Shown here: one piece after another, positions 63,716-64,000 of the stretch
How positions within the stretch are numbered: position 1 is the first letter of the stretch
Layout of the letters: each line of letters begins with the position of its first letter
NCBI RefSeq assembly: GCF_963921235.1
Contig: NC_086097.1
Location: forward strand, 237,648,001 to 237,712,000
Reading direction: 5' to 3'
DNA length: 64,000 bases
Source of the DNA: Mobula hypostoma
Lineage: Eukaryota
The notes under the pieces: generated by a model
What the model saw: only the letters and a program-made list of their open reading frames with translations
What the model was told of the DNA's origin: nothing
Databases searched by the model: none
Translations under genes and position numbers: made by a program

Positions 63716-64000
63716 GGTCCCCGGCATTTAGCCACTGTAATGTAATAAAGTTGGCTACGTATCCAATCATATTGGAGAATTCTCACTGATTGAAAAAAAG
63801 GCTAGTACTTAAGATAATAATTTAAATTCTACAGGATGTAAAACAATAATTAATTCATGGGCATACCATTGTGCTGAAATGTTATCAACATGCTTTGAAA
63901 TTAAAGGATTTGACTGAATATTGAACTGTTTAAAGGGAATTTTATTCCAATTAGATAGAATTAGCTTTTTTTTGTTAATGTGAGTTTATAAAACAATATG

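Overview
This is eukaryotic, repeat-dominated DNA. The repeat families (HE1-like V-SINEs, CR1, Rex1/Babar, Penelope, Tc1, chromoviral Gypsy) point to a cartilaginous fish, probably a ray; that is an inference. The window lies inside a large minus-strand gene, recognisable as CSMD3 from two short coding exons that the ORF track misses: 45276-45397 (122 nt) and 3582-3685 (104 nt). They join in frame across a 41.6 kb intron and encode part of a CUB domain. Almost everything else is nested transposon debris, and nearly all listed ORFs are TE fragments or chance frames. The most notable non-coding signals are four. (1) Penelope pseudo-LTRs carry minimal hammerhead-ribozyme motifs, including ~100-230 bp stand-alone inserts with 13-14 bp TSDs that begin at the ribozyme. 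(2) Composite Tc1-type elements are built from ~60-70 bp hairpin micro-MITEs. (3) Several non-coding retroposons are headed by an AAGATGGCG (YY1-type) motif. (4) A perfect in-frame cryptic splice donor sits inside a CSMD3 exon. No prokaryotic system or CRISPR array is present. Repeat boundaries are approximate unless a TSD is quoted, and family names come from motif recognition, not database searches.
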